The notes under the pieces were generated by a model. It ran no database searches. It saw nothing but the letters and a program-made list of their open reading frames with translations, and had not been told where the DNA came from. The translations under genes were made by a program, and so were the position numbers. This document shows positions 54,989-64,000 of a stretch of DNA of 64,000 nt, in pieces. How positions within the stretch are numbered: the stretch's first letter is position 1; each line of letters starts with the position of its first letter. Source of the stretch: a virus (taxonomy: Duplodnaviria; Caudoviricetes); IMG/VR virus record IMGVR_UViG_3300021185_003947; one strand, written 5' to 3'.

Positions 54989-56638
54989 ATGGCTAGACGC
55001 ATAACTGTAAACTTAAGTGACACTATCAACACTTGGAGAATAAAGACAAATGCTCTCAGTCTTTTGATAGGTGATTTAGATGATTTATCTTCTGAATTTA
55101 CTGGTCATGATTCTGATTTTGTAGAAGCTATGAATTTTGCATTTGATAAAAAAGGCCTCTACTCAGCAGGTCTTGGAATAACCAAATCAACTAGTGGAGA
55201 TTCTTCAGGTGTATTTAATGTTTTAGCTGGAACTGGATTAACACAGGATTCAAATGGTTTAAGTATAGGCCCTGCTCCGGGAAATACAATTAAAGTTAGA
55301 GATGCAAATTCTGCCGGAGCTTTGTCTGATAAAGAAATAATTAATGAACAAATTTTAATTGGTAATGGCAATGGTTTTACATCTGCTGCTTTATCTCAAG
55401 ATGTTCTTATGACAAATGCTGGTGTTGTTACAATTCAACCTGATGTTGTTACGTATTCTAAAATGCAAAATGTTGTAGGCGCAAACAAAGTTCTTGGAAG
55501 TTCAACCGCAAATGGAATTATAACAGAGACTCAAGTGCAAACTGGAATGATTGCAGATGACGCTGTTACTACTGTTAAAATTCTAGATGATAATGTTACA
55601 TATGCTAAAATTCAAGATGCAGGCGCCAATTCAATTCTAGTTAGAGACGGAGCTGCAGCTGGAGATATATCAGCAAAAACTTTAACAGATACTCAAATCT
55701 TAATTAATAATGGAGCAGGATTTACTGCTGCAGCATTATCTGGTGATATTACAATGAATAATGCTGGAGTAGTAACAGTTGATCCGTCAGTAATCGGGAG
55801 TGTAGGCATTACTATCGGTGGAAACGCCCCAACTTCACCTGCAAATGGAACAGCCTGGTTTGACGATGTAACAGCCGGCGAAATGTTTGTATATAGCGAT
55901 AGCGCATCAAATTGGATACAGGTCACAGGGTCTATCACTTCTTTTTCAGCTATAAGTGGAACACCACCGGCGGCACCTTTAGATGGTACTTTTTGGTTTG
56001 ATGATGTAACAGACGGAGAACTGTTCATTTATAGTGATAGTGCATCAAATTGGATACAGGTTACTGGATCAATCACTTCTTTTTCAACAATAGGCGCATC
56101 GCCTCCAGCTGCACCTTTAAATGGTACTTTTTGGTTTGATGACAGCGCAACTGGAGAACTGTTTATTTATAGTAATGATGCATCAAATTGGATACAGGTT
56201 ACTGGCGTAGTCGCTAATGTAGCATTCTCCGATTTAACAAGTACTCCAACTACTTTAGCTGGCTACGGAATTACAGATGCACCGTCGGTATTAACTGACC
56301 TAAGTATTACTGATGGAACAAGCGGACAAGTACTAACAACAGACGGTAGTGCTGGATTTACATTTACATCTGCATCAAGTAGTACAACCTTTAATGCCAT
56401 TGGAACTTATTGTTTGGGGTTCTATACTGGTCTTGGCATTCACAATGGAGGTGCTACTTTCTCAGGAAGTTCAATTGCTACTGCTAATACTTATGCCGGT
56501 ACTAGTGGCTGGAGTGGATCTAGTACTTCTACTTTATCAGGAACTTGGCGCCTTATGGGAAACATAGGCTATTATAATCAAGGTACCACTGCAAGTAACG
56601 CAAACGTATCCGGCAGTTTATTTGTGAGGATTTCATAA
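54989..56638 (+). CDS. Tail fibre / baseplate-associated fibre protein
   Basis: DTINTWRIKTN N-terminus, internal repeats, C-terminal GTWRLMG...FVRIS module; late promoter. Confidence 0.75.
   Translation: MARRITVNLSDTINTWRIKTNALSLLIGDLDDLSSEFTGHDSDFVEAMNFAFDKKGLYSAGLGITKSTSGDSSGVFNVLAGTGLTQDSNGLSIGPAPGNTIKVRDANSAGALSDKEIINEQILIGNGNGFTSAALSQDVLMTNAGVVTIQPDVVTYSKMQNVVGANKVLGSSTANGIITETQVQTGMIADDAVTTVKILDDNVTYAKIQDAGANSILVRDGAAAGDISAKTLTDTQILINNGAGFTAAALSGDITMNNAGVVTVDPSVIGSVGITIGGNAPTSPANGTAWFDDVTAGEMFVYSDSASNWIQVTGSITSFSAISGTPPAAPLDGTFWFDDVTDGELFIYSDSASNWIQVTGSITSFSTIGASPPAAPLNGTFWFDDSATGELFIYSNDASNWIQVTGVVANVAFSDLTSTPTTLAGYGITDAPSVLTDLSITDGTSGQVLTTDGSAGFTFTSASSSTTFNAIGTYCLGFYTGLGIHNGGATFSGSSIATANTYAGTSGWSGSSTSTLSGTWRLMGNIGYYNQGTTASNANVSGSLFVRIS
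55820..56210 (+). repeat. Three tandem ~44-aa repeats (P.AP..GT.WFDD...GE.F.YS..ASNWIQVTG)
   Basis: Visible at both protein and DNA level. Confidence 0.85.
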
Positions 56639-56744
56639 TGACTATTGGAGTAGTTCTGAAGCAAATAGCGGTTCAAAGGGGTATACTGGTGGTACAGAAA
56701 CCCGGCCAAGAAACATTGCATTTCTAGCTTGTATTAAATATTAA
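56638..56744 (+). pseudogene. Orphan 3' end of a tail-collar fibre gene
   Basis: Reads ...GGTETRPRNIAFLACIKY* out of frame with the ATG at 56638. Confidence 0.7.
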
Positions 56745-56756
56745 GGAGACATTGGT

Positions 56757-57152
56757 ATGAACGTATATCAGACAGATTTAAATGGTGTTTATGTAGGCAC
56801 TACAACAGCAGATCAAGACCCTTTAGATGACACTAACTGGCTTATTCCAGCGGGTTGCGTACAGACTGCACCACCAACAATAACTGACAGCCAACTTGCT
56901 AAGTGGGATGGTTCAGGATGGGTTGTAGAGAATATACCCATTGTAGAACCTGATCCAGAACCTGAGTCTATTGCACCAGAAGTTTTAGCCCGTGGAAAGC
57001 GTGACGGACTATTGATAACTTCAGATTGGACACAGGTTGATGACTCTCCTGTAGATAAGTCTGCTTGGGCAACATACAGACAACTTTTACGGGACGTACC
57101 AACTCAAGCAGGATTTCCAAACACAATAACATGGCCCACTTCACCCGAATAG
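56757..57152 (+). CDS. Tail fibre assembly chaperone
   Basis: KRDGLLITSDWTQ...WATYRQLLRDVP...FP...WPTSP. Confidence 0.85.
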   Translation: MNVYQTDLNGVYVGTTTADQDPLDDTNWLIPAGCVQTAPPTITDSQLAKWDGSGWVVENIPIVEPDPEPESIAPEVLARGKRDGLLITSDWTQVDDSPVDKSAWATYRQLLRDVPTQAGFPNTITWPTSPE

Positions 57153-57178
57153 AGTATGCATAATTAGGAGAAAAAGGA

Positions 57179-57847
57179 ATGCCATATCCATTAAACCCGA
57201 CAACAGGTGATGAATATATTTTAGGATCAAAAACTTGGAAATACAATGGTTCGCGCTGGGTAAAATTAGGACTTTCACAAACTGTATCTGCAGATGTAGC
57301 ATTCTCAGATTTAACAAGTACTCCAACTACATTATCAGGCTATGGAATTACTGATGCTGCAAGTTCATCAAGTGCATCAGTTCCTGCCGGTACATTAATT
57401 TATCATGCAGCTAATACAGCCCCTACAGGCTTTATTAAGGCTAATGGTGCTGCTATATCAAGAACAACTTATGCTGATTTGTTTGCAGCAATAGGCACTA
57501 CGTATGGCGCTGGTGATGGATCTTCTACTTTTAATGTCCCCGACCTTCGTGGTGAGTTTATGCGTGGATGGGATGACGCGCGCGGAATTGATACCAGTCG
57601 TTCTTTTGGTTCTGCACAGGCTGATGAATTTAAGCTACACGGTCACCCTTCAAGGCGGGGCACTGAATTTAATGTTACCAACGATACTGGCGGCGGCGGT
57701 ATACTCATGGACAGTAATGGAGGTCAAGCAAACAGGTCAGCGTTTACAGGAACACCATCAAATACTGATGGGCAACATATTGGCGGCTCTGGAGGTTCAG
57801 AAACACGTCCAAGAAACATTGCATTTCTAGCTTGTATTAAATATTAA
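57179..57847 (+). CDS. Short tail fibre protein with phage tail collar domain
   Basis: APTGFIKANGAAISRTTYADLF...FNVPDLRGEFMRGWD...ETRPRNIA. Confidence 0.9.
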   Translation: MPYPLNPTTGDEYILGSKTWKYNGSRWVKLGLSQTVSADVAFSDLTSTPTTLSGYGITDAASSSSASVPAGTLIYHAANTAPTGFIKANGAAISRTTYADLFAAIGTTYGAGDGSSTFNVPDLRGEFMRGWDDARGIDTSRSFGSAQADEFKLHGHPSRRGTEFNVTNDTGGGGILMDSNGGQANRSAFTGTPSNTDGQHIGGSGGSETRPRNIAFLACIKY

Positions 57848-57859
57848 GGAGAAACAATA

Positions 57860-58276
57860 ATGTCTGTTACAATTACACAAGTGCGTAATGCACAATCACT
57901 TAACGTAGAGAATACTGCATATGATGTAGAAATTAATCATCCCGATTACGGTTGGATACCTTACACTTTGGACCCTAGCGACACTGATATGACTATCGAT
58001 AACAATGCTGTAATGTCTTTGATAAGCACAAACTTTACATCTTATGTAGCACCTACTCAGGCAGAGTTAGATGCAGAACTTGAAGCAAATCTAAGAAGTC
58101 AACGTGACCAGAAGTTAGTAGAAGAATTGGACCCTATAGTAACTAACCCTTTACGTTGGGCAGAACTTACATCTGATAAGCAAACAGAGTGGACACAATA
58201 TAGAACTGACTTATTAAATGTACCACAACAGTCAGGGTTTCCTACAAATGTAACTTGGCCAGATAAACCTGTATAA
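57860..58276 (+). CDS. Tail fibre assembly chaperone
   Basis: HPDYGWIPYT; RSQRD...WTQYRTDLLNVPQQSGFP..VTWP. Confidence 0.8.
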   Translation: MSVTITQVRNAQSLNVENTAYDVEINHPDYGWIPYTLDPSDTDMTIDNNAVMSLISTNFTSYVAPTQAELDAELEANLRSQRDQKLVEELDPIVTNPLRWAELTSDKQTEWTQYRTDLLNVPQQSGFPTNVTWPDKPV

Positions 58277-58279
58277 ATA
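58272..58279 (+). promoter_or_regulatory. Late promoter TATAAATA
   Basis: Exact motif 21 nt upstream of 58300. Confidence 0.75.
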
Positions 58280-58299
58280 TATAATCAGGAGAAACAGAA

Positions 58300-60072
58300 A
58301 TGGCATATCCAACAAATCCAACGACCGGTGACACCTATGTTTTAGGATCAAAAACTTGGACCTACAATGGCACGAACTGGGTAAATCAAGCAACGTTTGC
58401 ATCAGGTAGTAGTGCTAGTGTAGCATTCTCCGATTTAACAAGTACTCCAACTACATTAGCTGGCTACGGAATTACAGATGGTGGCAGTGGTAGCGGTGGC
58501 GGAGCAATGGAATTCATTGCTTCATCAGGGGCTTTAAGTAATGTGGCTGATGTTAGCTTTACACAGTTTGATGCAACTAAGTATGATCATTATGTCTTTG
58601 CGCTTCAAAATGTCATACCTGATACAAATGGTGCAAACTTATTTGCACGCTTAAGGCCAACTGGAAGTTCGACTTATTCTGCCACTAGTGGAAATTATGA
58701 AACGGCTGGTAGTGCTAGAACAGCGTTTGTATTAGCTGATAGTGTGGGGACTAATACACATGGCTATGGTGTAGGTGGTTTATTTAATTTATATGCGCTA
58801 CATTTAACTGATGAATACACGTTCGCAGATACCGTTAATTTGATATATACACGAAATAATGGAGTAACGACACAAACAATATCGTATGCTGGGGCTGGTA
58901 ATATTTACAAGCAAGCAACAGCGGTCGATGCGATTCGATTCTTTTTTTCGTCAGGGAACATCTTCTCGGGCGAAATAGTAATGTACGGAATTAGGAATTC
59001 AGCATCGGGTGGAGGAGGAGCCGGAGGCGGTAGTGTAGCATTCTCCGATTTAACAAGTACTCCAACTACCTTAGCCGGCTACGGAATTACAGATGGTGCA
59101 AGTGAATCAGCTGCAGTTGGTACAGTAATTTATCATTCAGCTAATACAGCCCCTACAGGCTTTATTAAGGCTAACGGCGCTGCTATATCAAGAACAACTT
59201 ACTCTGATTTGTTTACGGCAATTGGTACAACTTTTGGTAGTGGCGATGGATCTTCTACTTTTAATGTCCCCGACCTTCGCGGCGAGTTTCCTAGAGGTTG
59301 GGATGACGGCCGTGGAATTGATGCCAGCCGTTCTTTTGGTTCTGCACAGGCTGACCAAATGGAATCCCACAATCACAGCGTACCTTCTGCCGCTAACTTT
59401 GGTGGTAATCATGACCGAATAGTAGTTGGTACCGGAGTGTTTTCAAGCAACAATGCGTCTACAGATTTCACCGGTGGAACGTCTAATTCTTCTGAAAACC
59501 GCCCAAGAAACATAGCCCTACTTGCTTGTATTAAATATCAATCAACCTCTTCTGGTGGTGGTGGCGGTTCTCTCAGCAACATAGTTGAAGATACCACACC
59601 ACAGCTTGGTGGCAATCTGGACGCCCAAACATTTGATATCACTACCACAGGAAAGATACTATACGCGAATATGTATGCTACAGAAGGTGATTTGCCAAGT
59701 GCAACCACCTATCACGGTATGTTTGCACATGTTCACGGTACAGGAGCAGGTTACTTTGCTCATGGCGGTAATTGGATTAAACTAGCAAATCATGCAGACC
59801 TGAGTAGTGCATCAGGTAGTACAACAGCTGGAGGTGTTGGTACTTACTCACTACTTGGTAAAGCTGATGGTAGCACTACATCTCTTGGCACAGATGTATC
59901 GGGCAGTTCACTTCGGTATAGTAGCACTTATTCTTACAGTCCAAGTTACTATGGCATGTCAGGGTCTGCGCCTAGCGGCACATGGCGCTGCATGTCTGTC
60001 GGCGGGGCTTATAATTTATCAACAACTGCTGCGAATTCAACAACAGTTACTATATTTCTAAGGATTTCATAA
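58300..60072 (+). CDS. Modular tail fibre protein (collar domain, TYHGMFAHVH module, GTWRCMS C-terminal module)
   Basis: Shares modules with flanking fibre genes. Confidence 0.85.
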   Translation: MAYPTNPTTGDTYVLGSKTWTYNGTNWVNQATFASGSSASVAFSDLTSTPTTLAGYGITDGGSGSGGGAMEFIASSGALSNVADVSFTQFDATKYDHYVFALQNVIPDTNGANLFARLRPTGSSTYSATSGNYETAGSARTAFVLADSVGTNTHGYGVGGLFNLYALHLTDEYTFADTVNLIYTRNNGVTTQTISYAGAGNIYKQATAVDAIRFFFSSGNIFSGEIVMYGIRNSASGGGGAGGGSVAFSDLTSTPTTLAGYGITDGASESAAVGTVIYHSANTAPTGFIKANGAAISRTTYSDLFTAIGTTFGSGDGSSTFNVPDLRGEFPRGWDDGRGIDASRSFGSAQADQMESHNHSVPSAANFGGNHDRIVVGTGVFSSNNASTDFTGGTSNSSENRPRNIALLACIKYQSTSSGGGGGSLSNIVEDTTPQLGGNLDAQTFDITTTGKILYANMYATEGDLPSATTYHGMFAHVHGTGAGYFAHGGNWIKLANHADLSSASGSTTAGGVGTYSLLGKADGSTTSLGTDVSGSSLRYSSTYSYSPSYYGMSGSAPSGTWRCMSVGGAYNLSTTAANSTTVTIFLRIS

Positions 60073-62384
60073 TGTCATATCCAACAAATCCAACTACGGG
60101 CGATACGTATATTTTAAGTGGAAAAACTTGGAAATATGATGGTGCGAACTGGTTAAAATTAGGACTTTCACAAGCTGTATCTACTAATGTAGCATTTTCA
60201 GATTTAACAAGTACTCCAACTACTTTAGCTGGCTATGGAATTACAGATGGTGCAACAGGAACAGGTGAATCAGTTCCAGTTGGTACGGTAATTTATCATT
60301 CAGCCAACACACCCCCTACGAATTTCATAAAAGCCAATGGTGATGCTGTATCGAGGACAACTTACTCTGATTTGTTTACAGTTATTGGAACTACGTATGG
60401 CGCTGGTGATGGGTCCACTACATTTAACGTGCCTGACCTTCGTGGTGAGTTTATGCGTGGCTGGGATGATAGTCGTGGAATTGATAACGGTCGTTCCTTT
60501 GGCTCGGCTCAAGCGGATGAGCTAAAAGCACACACTCACAACTACACAGACGGGACAAACGGAACAAACCCAACAGGCACCGGGGCCGGAACAAATAATT
60601 CGTTTCCTGTGGTGAATGGACGAGCAACCAGCGAGACAGGCGGTACAGAAACCCGTCCAAGAAACATAGCCCTACTTGCTTGCATTAAATATCAATCAAC
60701 GTCTGGATCAGGTAGTAGTGCTGGTGTAGCATTCTCCGATTTAACAAGTACTCCAACTACCTTAGCCGGCTACGGAATTACAGATGGTGGCGGTGGTGGT
60801 TCATATGCAAATAGTGATGTTGATACACACTTGAACCAAGGTACTGCGACATCTAATCAAGTGTTAAGTTGGAATGGTACAGATTATGCATGGGTATCAA
60901 ATAGCATTGCAAATTCATCAGTTTCTGCCGGTACAGTAATTTATCATGCAGCTAATACTCCCCCTACAAATTTCATAAAAGCTAATGGTGCTGCTATATC
61001 GAGGACAACTTACTCTGATTTGTTTGCAGCAATTGGTACAACTTTTGGTAGTGGTGACGGCTCTTCCACGTTCAATGTTCCTGACCTTCGTGGTGAGTTT
61101 CCCAGAGGTTGGGATGACGGCCGTGGAATTGATACTAGTCGAGCTTTTGGTTCTGCACAGGCTGATGAGTTAAAAAGTCACACACACACTGTTTACAACG
61201 GTACAGCGGTTGATGACAACCGTGCCTACTCAGCGGCGGATTCTACACAACGATTATATTCAGGCTCTCCGAATAGGGAAACGGCAGCTACAGGTGGTAC
61301 AGAAACCCGCCCACGCAACATAGCCCTACTTGCTTGCATTAAATATCAATCAACCTCTTCTGGTGGTGGTGCTGGTGTAGCATTCTCAGATTTAACAAGT
61401 ACTCCAACTACATTATCAGGCTATGGAATTACAGGTGATATTGATGCCGGAGGCAACAAAGTATTATTTGCAAACATGTATGCTACAGAAGGTGATTTGC
61501 CAAGCGCGACCACCTATCATGGTATGTTTGCTCATGTTCATTCTACAGGCGCAGGCTACTTTGCTCACGCTGGTAACTGGGTTAAACTAGCAAATCATAC
61601 AGACCTAAGTAGTATATTAGCTTCTGATTACCCAGTAGAACCTAATTGGAATTCACACACAGAAGAAATTACTACATCAAGCACTTGGACTAAACCAGCC
61701 GCTTTAAGTGATGACGCTTGGGTCATTGCTTATGGTGTTGGTGGTGGAGGTGCCGGTGGACATACGTTTGCGAATAAGACTGGTTTTTCATCTATCCAAA
61801 AGGCGAGGGCTGGGGCAGGTGGTGGTGCTATGATCATTGCTTTGAAGGCTAGCACACTTAACGGCGCTTCATTTACAATTGGCAGTGGTGGTATTGGTTC
61901 TACTTCCAGTCAAGGACCGGCCGGTGGCAATACTACTATTACAACCATAGGAACTGGTAGTACAATATATACAGCTGCTGGCGGCGAAGGCGGAATAGCG
62001 GCTAACTCAGGTGCTTCTACTGGCGGCGGTGGACAGATAATTTGGTGGACAAGGCCAGGTGAAAATGATATATCCGCTAGTTGGGATGTAACTGGTGGTG
62101 GTTCAGGAGCTGGCGCAGATACAAGCTTTACTCCTGCTACTGAACAATTTGCAGGTGGTGCATCACAAGGCATGACAGGAAATGCCGGCGGTGGTGCCTT
62201 TGGTGTCTCAACTTACGCAGGTGATGGTGTAGCTGCATCTACTACAAATGTAGATGGTGTAAACGGTGGATTTCCAGGTGGTGGCGGCGGTGCTACACAC
62301 GTTAATTTCGGCGGTAGTACTACAACAACCGTAGTGACTGGTGATGGTGCAAACGGTTCAATTAGACTATACTATACAATATAA
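60072..62384 (+). CDS. Modular tail fibre protein with two collar domains and a glycine-rich C-terminal domain
   Basis: Two PDLRGEF.RGWD modules; GGGGAGG-rich tail. Confidence 0.85.
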   Translation: MSYPTNPTTGDTYILSGKTWKYDGANWLKLGLSQAVSTNVAFSDLTSTPTTLAGYGITDGATGTGESVPVGTVIYHSANTPPTNFIKANGDAVSRTTYSDLFTVIGTTYGAGDGSTTFNVPDLRGEFMRGWDDSRGIDNGRSFGSAQADELKAHTHNYTDGTNGTNPTGTGAGTNNSFPVVNGRATSETGGTETRPRNIALLACIKYQSTSGSGSSAGVAFSDLTSTPTTLAGYGITDGGGGGSYANSDVDTHLNQGTATSNQVLSWNGTDYAWVSNSIANSSVSAGTVIYHAANTPPTNFIKANGAAISRTTYSDLFAAIGTTFGSGDGSSTFNVPDLRGEFPRGWDDGRGIDTSRAFGSAQADELKSHTHTVYNGTAVDDNRAYSAADSTQRLYSGSPNRETAATGGTETRPRNIALLACIKYQSTSSGGGAGVAFSDLTSTPTTLSGYGITGDIDAGGNKVLFANMYATEGDLPSATTYHGMFAHVHSTGAGYFAHAGNWVKLANHTDLSSILASDYPVEPNWNSHTEEITTSSTWTKPAALSDDAWVIAYGVGGGGAGGHTFANKTGFSSIQKARAGAGGGAMIIALKASTLNGASFTIGSGGIGSTSSQGPAGGNTTITTIGTGSTIYTAAGGEGGIAANSGASTGGGGQIIWWTRPGENDISASWDVTGGGSGAGADTSFTPATEQFAGGASQGMTGNAGGGAFGVSTYAGDGVAASTTNVDGVNGGFPGGGGGATHVNFGGSTTTTVVTGDGANGSIRLYYTI

Positions 62385-62405
62385 TATACTAGTAAGGATA
62401 AACTA

Positions 62406-62681
62406 ATGTCTAAAATATTTTATAACAAAGAAACAGGTCTTGGTGCAGTATTTGATAATTCTGCAAACATAAGTGATTGGCCTGACTTTCAGGAAAGTGC
62501 TGTGGTAGCAAACGCAATACAAGTACGAGCGGATCGGGATGCATTACTAGTGGCAGCTGACTACATGGCTTTAGCTGACCGCATAACAGATGAGTGGCGC
62601 ACTTATCGACAAGCATTGAGAGACTTGCCTGCCCAAGAAGGGTTTCCCACAAATGTAACTTGGCCAGATAAACCTGAATAA
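62406..62681 (+). CDS. Tail fibre assembly chaperone
   Basis: RADRDALL..ADY...WRTYRQALRDLP..EGFP..VTWP. Confidence 0.8.
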   Translation: MSKIFYNKETGLGAVFDNSANISDWPDFQESAVVANAIQVRADRDALLVAADYMALADRITDEWRTYRQALRDLPAQEGFPTNVTWPDKPE

Positions 62682-62706
62682 TTAATTATGTAAATAAAGG
62701 TGATCA

Positions 62707-63402
62707 ATGACACATAATGATAAAGTATTTTATTCTCAAATACAAAATATTTCTGTTGCAAATACTGTTCTTGGAAGTTCAACTGCAAATGGAATTATAA
62801 CAGAGACTCAAGTTTTTAATGAAATGATTGCAGATGATGCAATAACAGCAGTCAAAATTCCAGATGATGAAATCACATATGCTAAAATTCAAGATATGGA
62901 TGCTAATTCAGTTTTAGTTAGAGATGACGCTGCAGATGGTGATGCATCATCTAAAATGCTATTAGATACTCAAATTTTAATTAATAACGGCGCAGGGTTT
63001 ACTGCAGCTTCTTTGTCTGGTGACGTTACAATGACTAATACAGGAGTAGTAACTGTATTAAAATTAAATAAAGCAATAATTAATATCGATAATAATAAAA
63101 AAAATATTGCTATTAATAAAAAAAATATTGCTACTAATACAGATAACATCAATAGCAATACTAAAGCAATTGAAAATATTAATCTTCCATCAGGAAGTAT
63201 TATGACTTTCTCAGTTGGAATAGAACCCAAAGGTTGGCTAGAATGCGATGGTTCAGGTATTGATAGAAAATTATATTCAAATCTATTTTCTGCAATTGAT
63301 ATTAAATATGGAATAGGTGATGGCACTAACTCCTTCAATGTTCCAGATTTTAGAGGTACTTATATAAATGATATTGAAGTAATGTACTGCATTAAAATAT
63401 AA
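62707..63402 (+). CDS. Chimeric/degenerate fibre-collar protein
   Basis: First half copies about 55450-55800; ends in a shortened collar (PKGWLECDG...PDFRG..YCIKI). Confidence 0.65.
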   Translation: MTHNDKVFYSQIQNISVANTVLGSSTANGIITETQVFNEMIADDAITAVKIPDDEITYAKIQDMDANSVLVRDDAADGDASSKMLLDTQILINNGAGFTAASLSGDVTMTNTGVVTVLKLNKAIINIDNNKKNIAINKKNIATNTDNINSNTKAIENINLPSGSIMTFSVGIEPKGWLECDGSGIDRKLYSNLFSAIDIKYGIGDGTNSFNVPDFRGTYINDIEVMYCIKI

Positions 63403-63412
63403 GGAATTAATT

Positions 63413-63826
63413 ATGACGTTAATATATAATTATGATAAAAAAACTAAAGTGTATACCAATACAACTACTGCAAAACCATGCCCTTTAGGAGGTAATGATC
63501 GCGTTCCAGCCCACGCAACTACAATTGCTATTCCAGATCTATCAGATAAGGAATGTGCGGTTTGGGATGGATCTGCTTGGACTATAGGACCTGATTTTAG
63601 AGGAACCGTATATTGGATAAATCATTATGAATCTAAAACTATAACAGAAGCTAATATTGACATTCCTTTTGACGCATACCTTACTCAGCCATTTGCACCA
63701 CCAGAAGAAGAATCGACTAAAGAAAAACTTGCTGCTTATGAATTGGCAATAGAAAAATCAATAGATGCAATAGATGATAGAAACGAACGAATTCGTTTAC
63801 ATTTACAATCTATATCTAATTCGTAG
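63413..63826 (+). CDS. Tail fibre assembly protein (Tfa/Caudo_TAP-like)
   Basis: IYNYD...PAHATTIAIP...WDGSAWTIGPDFRG..YW. Confidence 0.8.
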   Translation: MTLIYNYDKKTKVYTNTTTAKPCPLGGNDRVPAHATTIAIPDLSDKECAVWDGSAWTIGPDFRGTVYWINHYESKTITEANIDIPFDAYLTQPFAPPEEESTKEKLAAYELAIEKSIDAIDDRNERIRLHLQSISNS

Positions 63827-64000
63827 TTAATTAAATGCTACTTTAACAACATTACCATTTGGATCAAACATTGTACTAACTCTATTGACTTTACAATTAG
63901 TACTAGTTCTACATTTCCACCATTCTTCAGCTTCTTCTTGAGTTTTAACTGTTATTGCAGTCCACTCAAGAGGACCTTCAGTTCTAGGTTTTCCTGTAGT
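63827..64000 (-). CDS. 3' part of a hypothetical gene entering from beyond the window
   Basis: Open frame ...GPLEWTAITVKTQEEAEEWWKCR...VKVAFN*. Confidence 0.5.
   Translation of the reverse strand, partial: TTGKPRTEGPLEWTAITVKTQEEAEEWWKCRTSTNCKVNRVSTMFDPNGNVVKVAFN

Larger units (their letters stand above)
56219..61436 (+). repeat. Seven dispersed ~60-nt copies of a VAFSDLTSTPTTL(A/S)GYGIT(D/G) linker
   Basis: Near-identical gtagcatt.tc.gatttaacaagtactccaactac at about 56219, 57296, 58420, 59035, 60189, 60726 and 61377. Confidence 0.9.

Noticed and set aside
56219-61436. Regularly recurring ~60-nt repeats that might suggest a CRISPR array or DGR
   Set aside because: The repeats are in-frame protein modules hundreds of nt apart. 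There are no cas or reverse-transcriptase genes and no adenine-specific TR/VR pair was seen.
195-63338. Many 60-130 aa ORFs antisense to or nested in real genes (e.g. 195-380, 5881-6111, 17277-17624, 41279-41596, 48965-49321, 62970-63338)
   Set aside because: No SD or promoter, no motifs, and they fully overlap well-supported genes. Treated as shadow ORFs.

Overview
AT-rich 64 kb segment of a large T4-like myovirus, most likely marine. Its host is probably an alphaproteobacterium, judging by a circularly permuted two-piece tmRNA, a DUF1127 gene and a ROSE-type thermometer on hsp20. From left to right the window holds: (i) three late-promoter genes whose products start with a T4 internal-protein-like capsid-targeting sequence (RNA-ligase-like protein, (p)ppGpp HD hydrolase, PD-(D/E)xK nuclease); (ii) an auxiliary/membrane block (class I aldolase, SbmA/BacA, a Rieske-less ring-hydroxylating oxygenase, a MotA/MotB-like module, a half Na/Pi symporter); (iii) early genes and two unannotated structured RNA-like elements; (iv) a late envelope-protein operon and the permuted tmRNA, which has a 45-codon ORF in its intervening segment; (v) nucleotide metabolism genes, gp41 and uvsX; (vi) a roughly 11 kb candidate DNA-hypermodification cluster built on a gp42-like dCMP hydroxymethylase, with a myo-inositol-1-phosphate synthase homologue, HAD phosphatase, cytidylyltransferase, aGPT-Pplase-type transferase, a beta-glucosyltransferase-N/SGNH fusion, a C5-methyltransferase-like protein and UDP-glucose dehydrogenase; (vii) the T4 replication core from gp43 to gp3; and (viii) a highly repetitive, modular tail-fibre/chaperone array on the + strand. 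All family assignments come from motif recognition and remembered sequences. No searches or folding programs were run.
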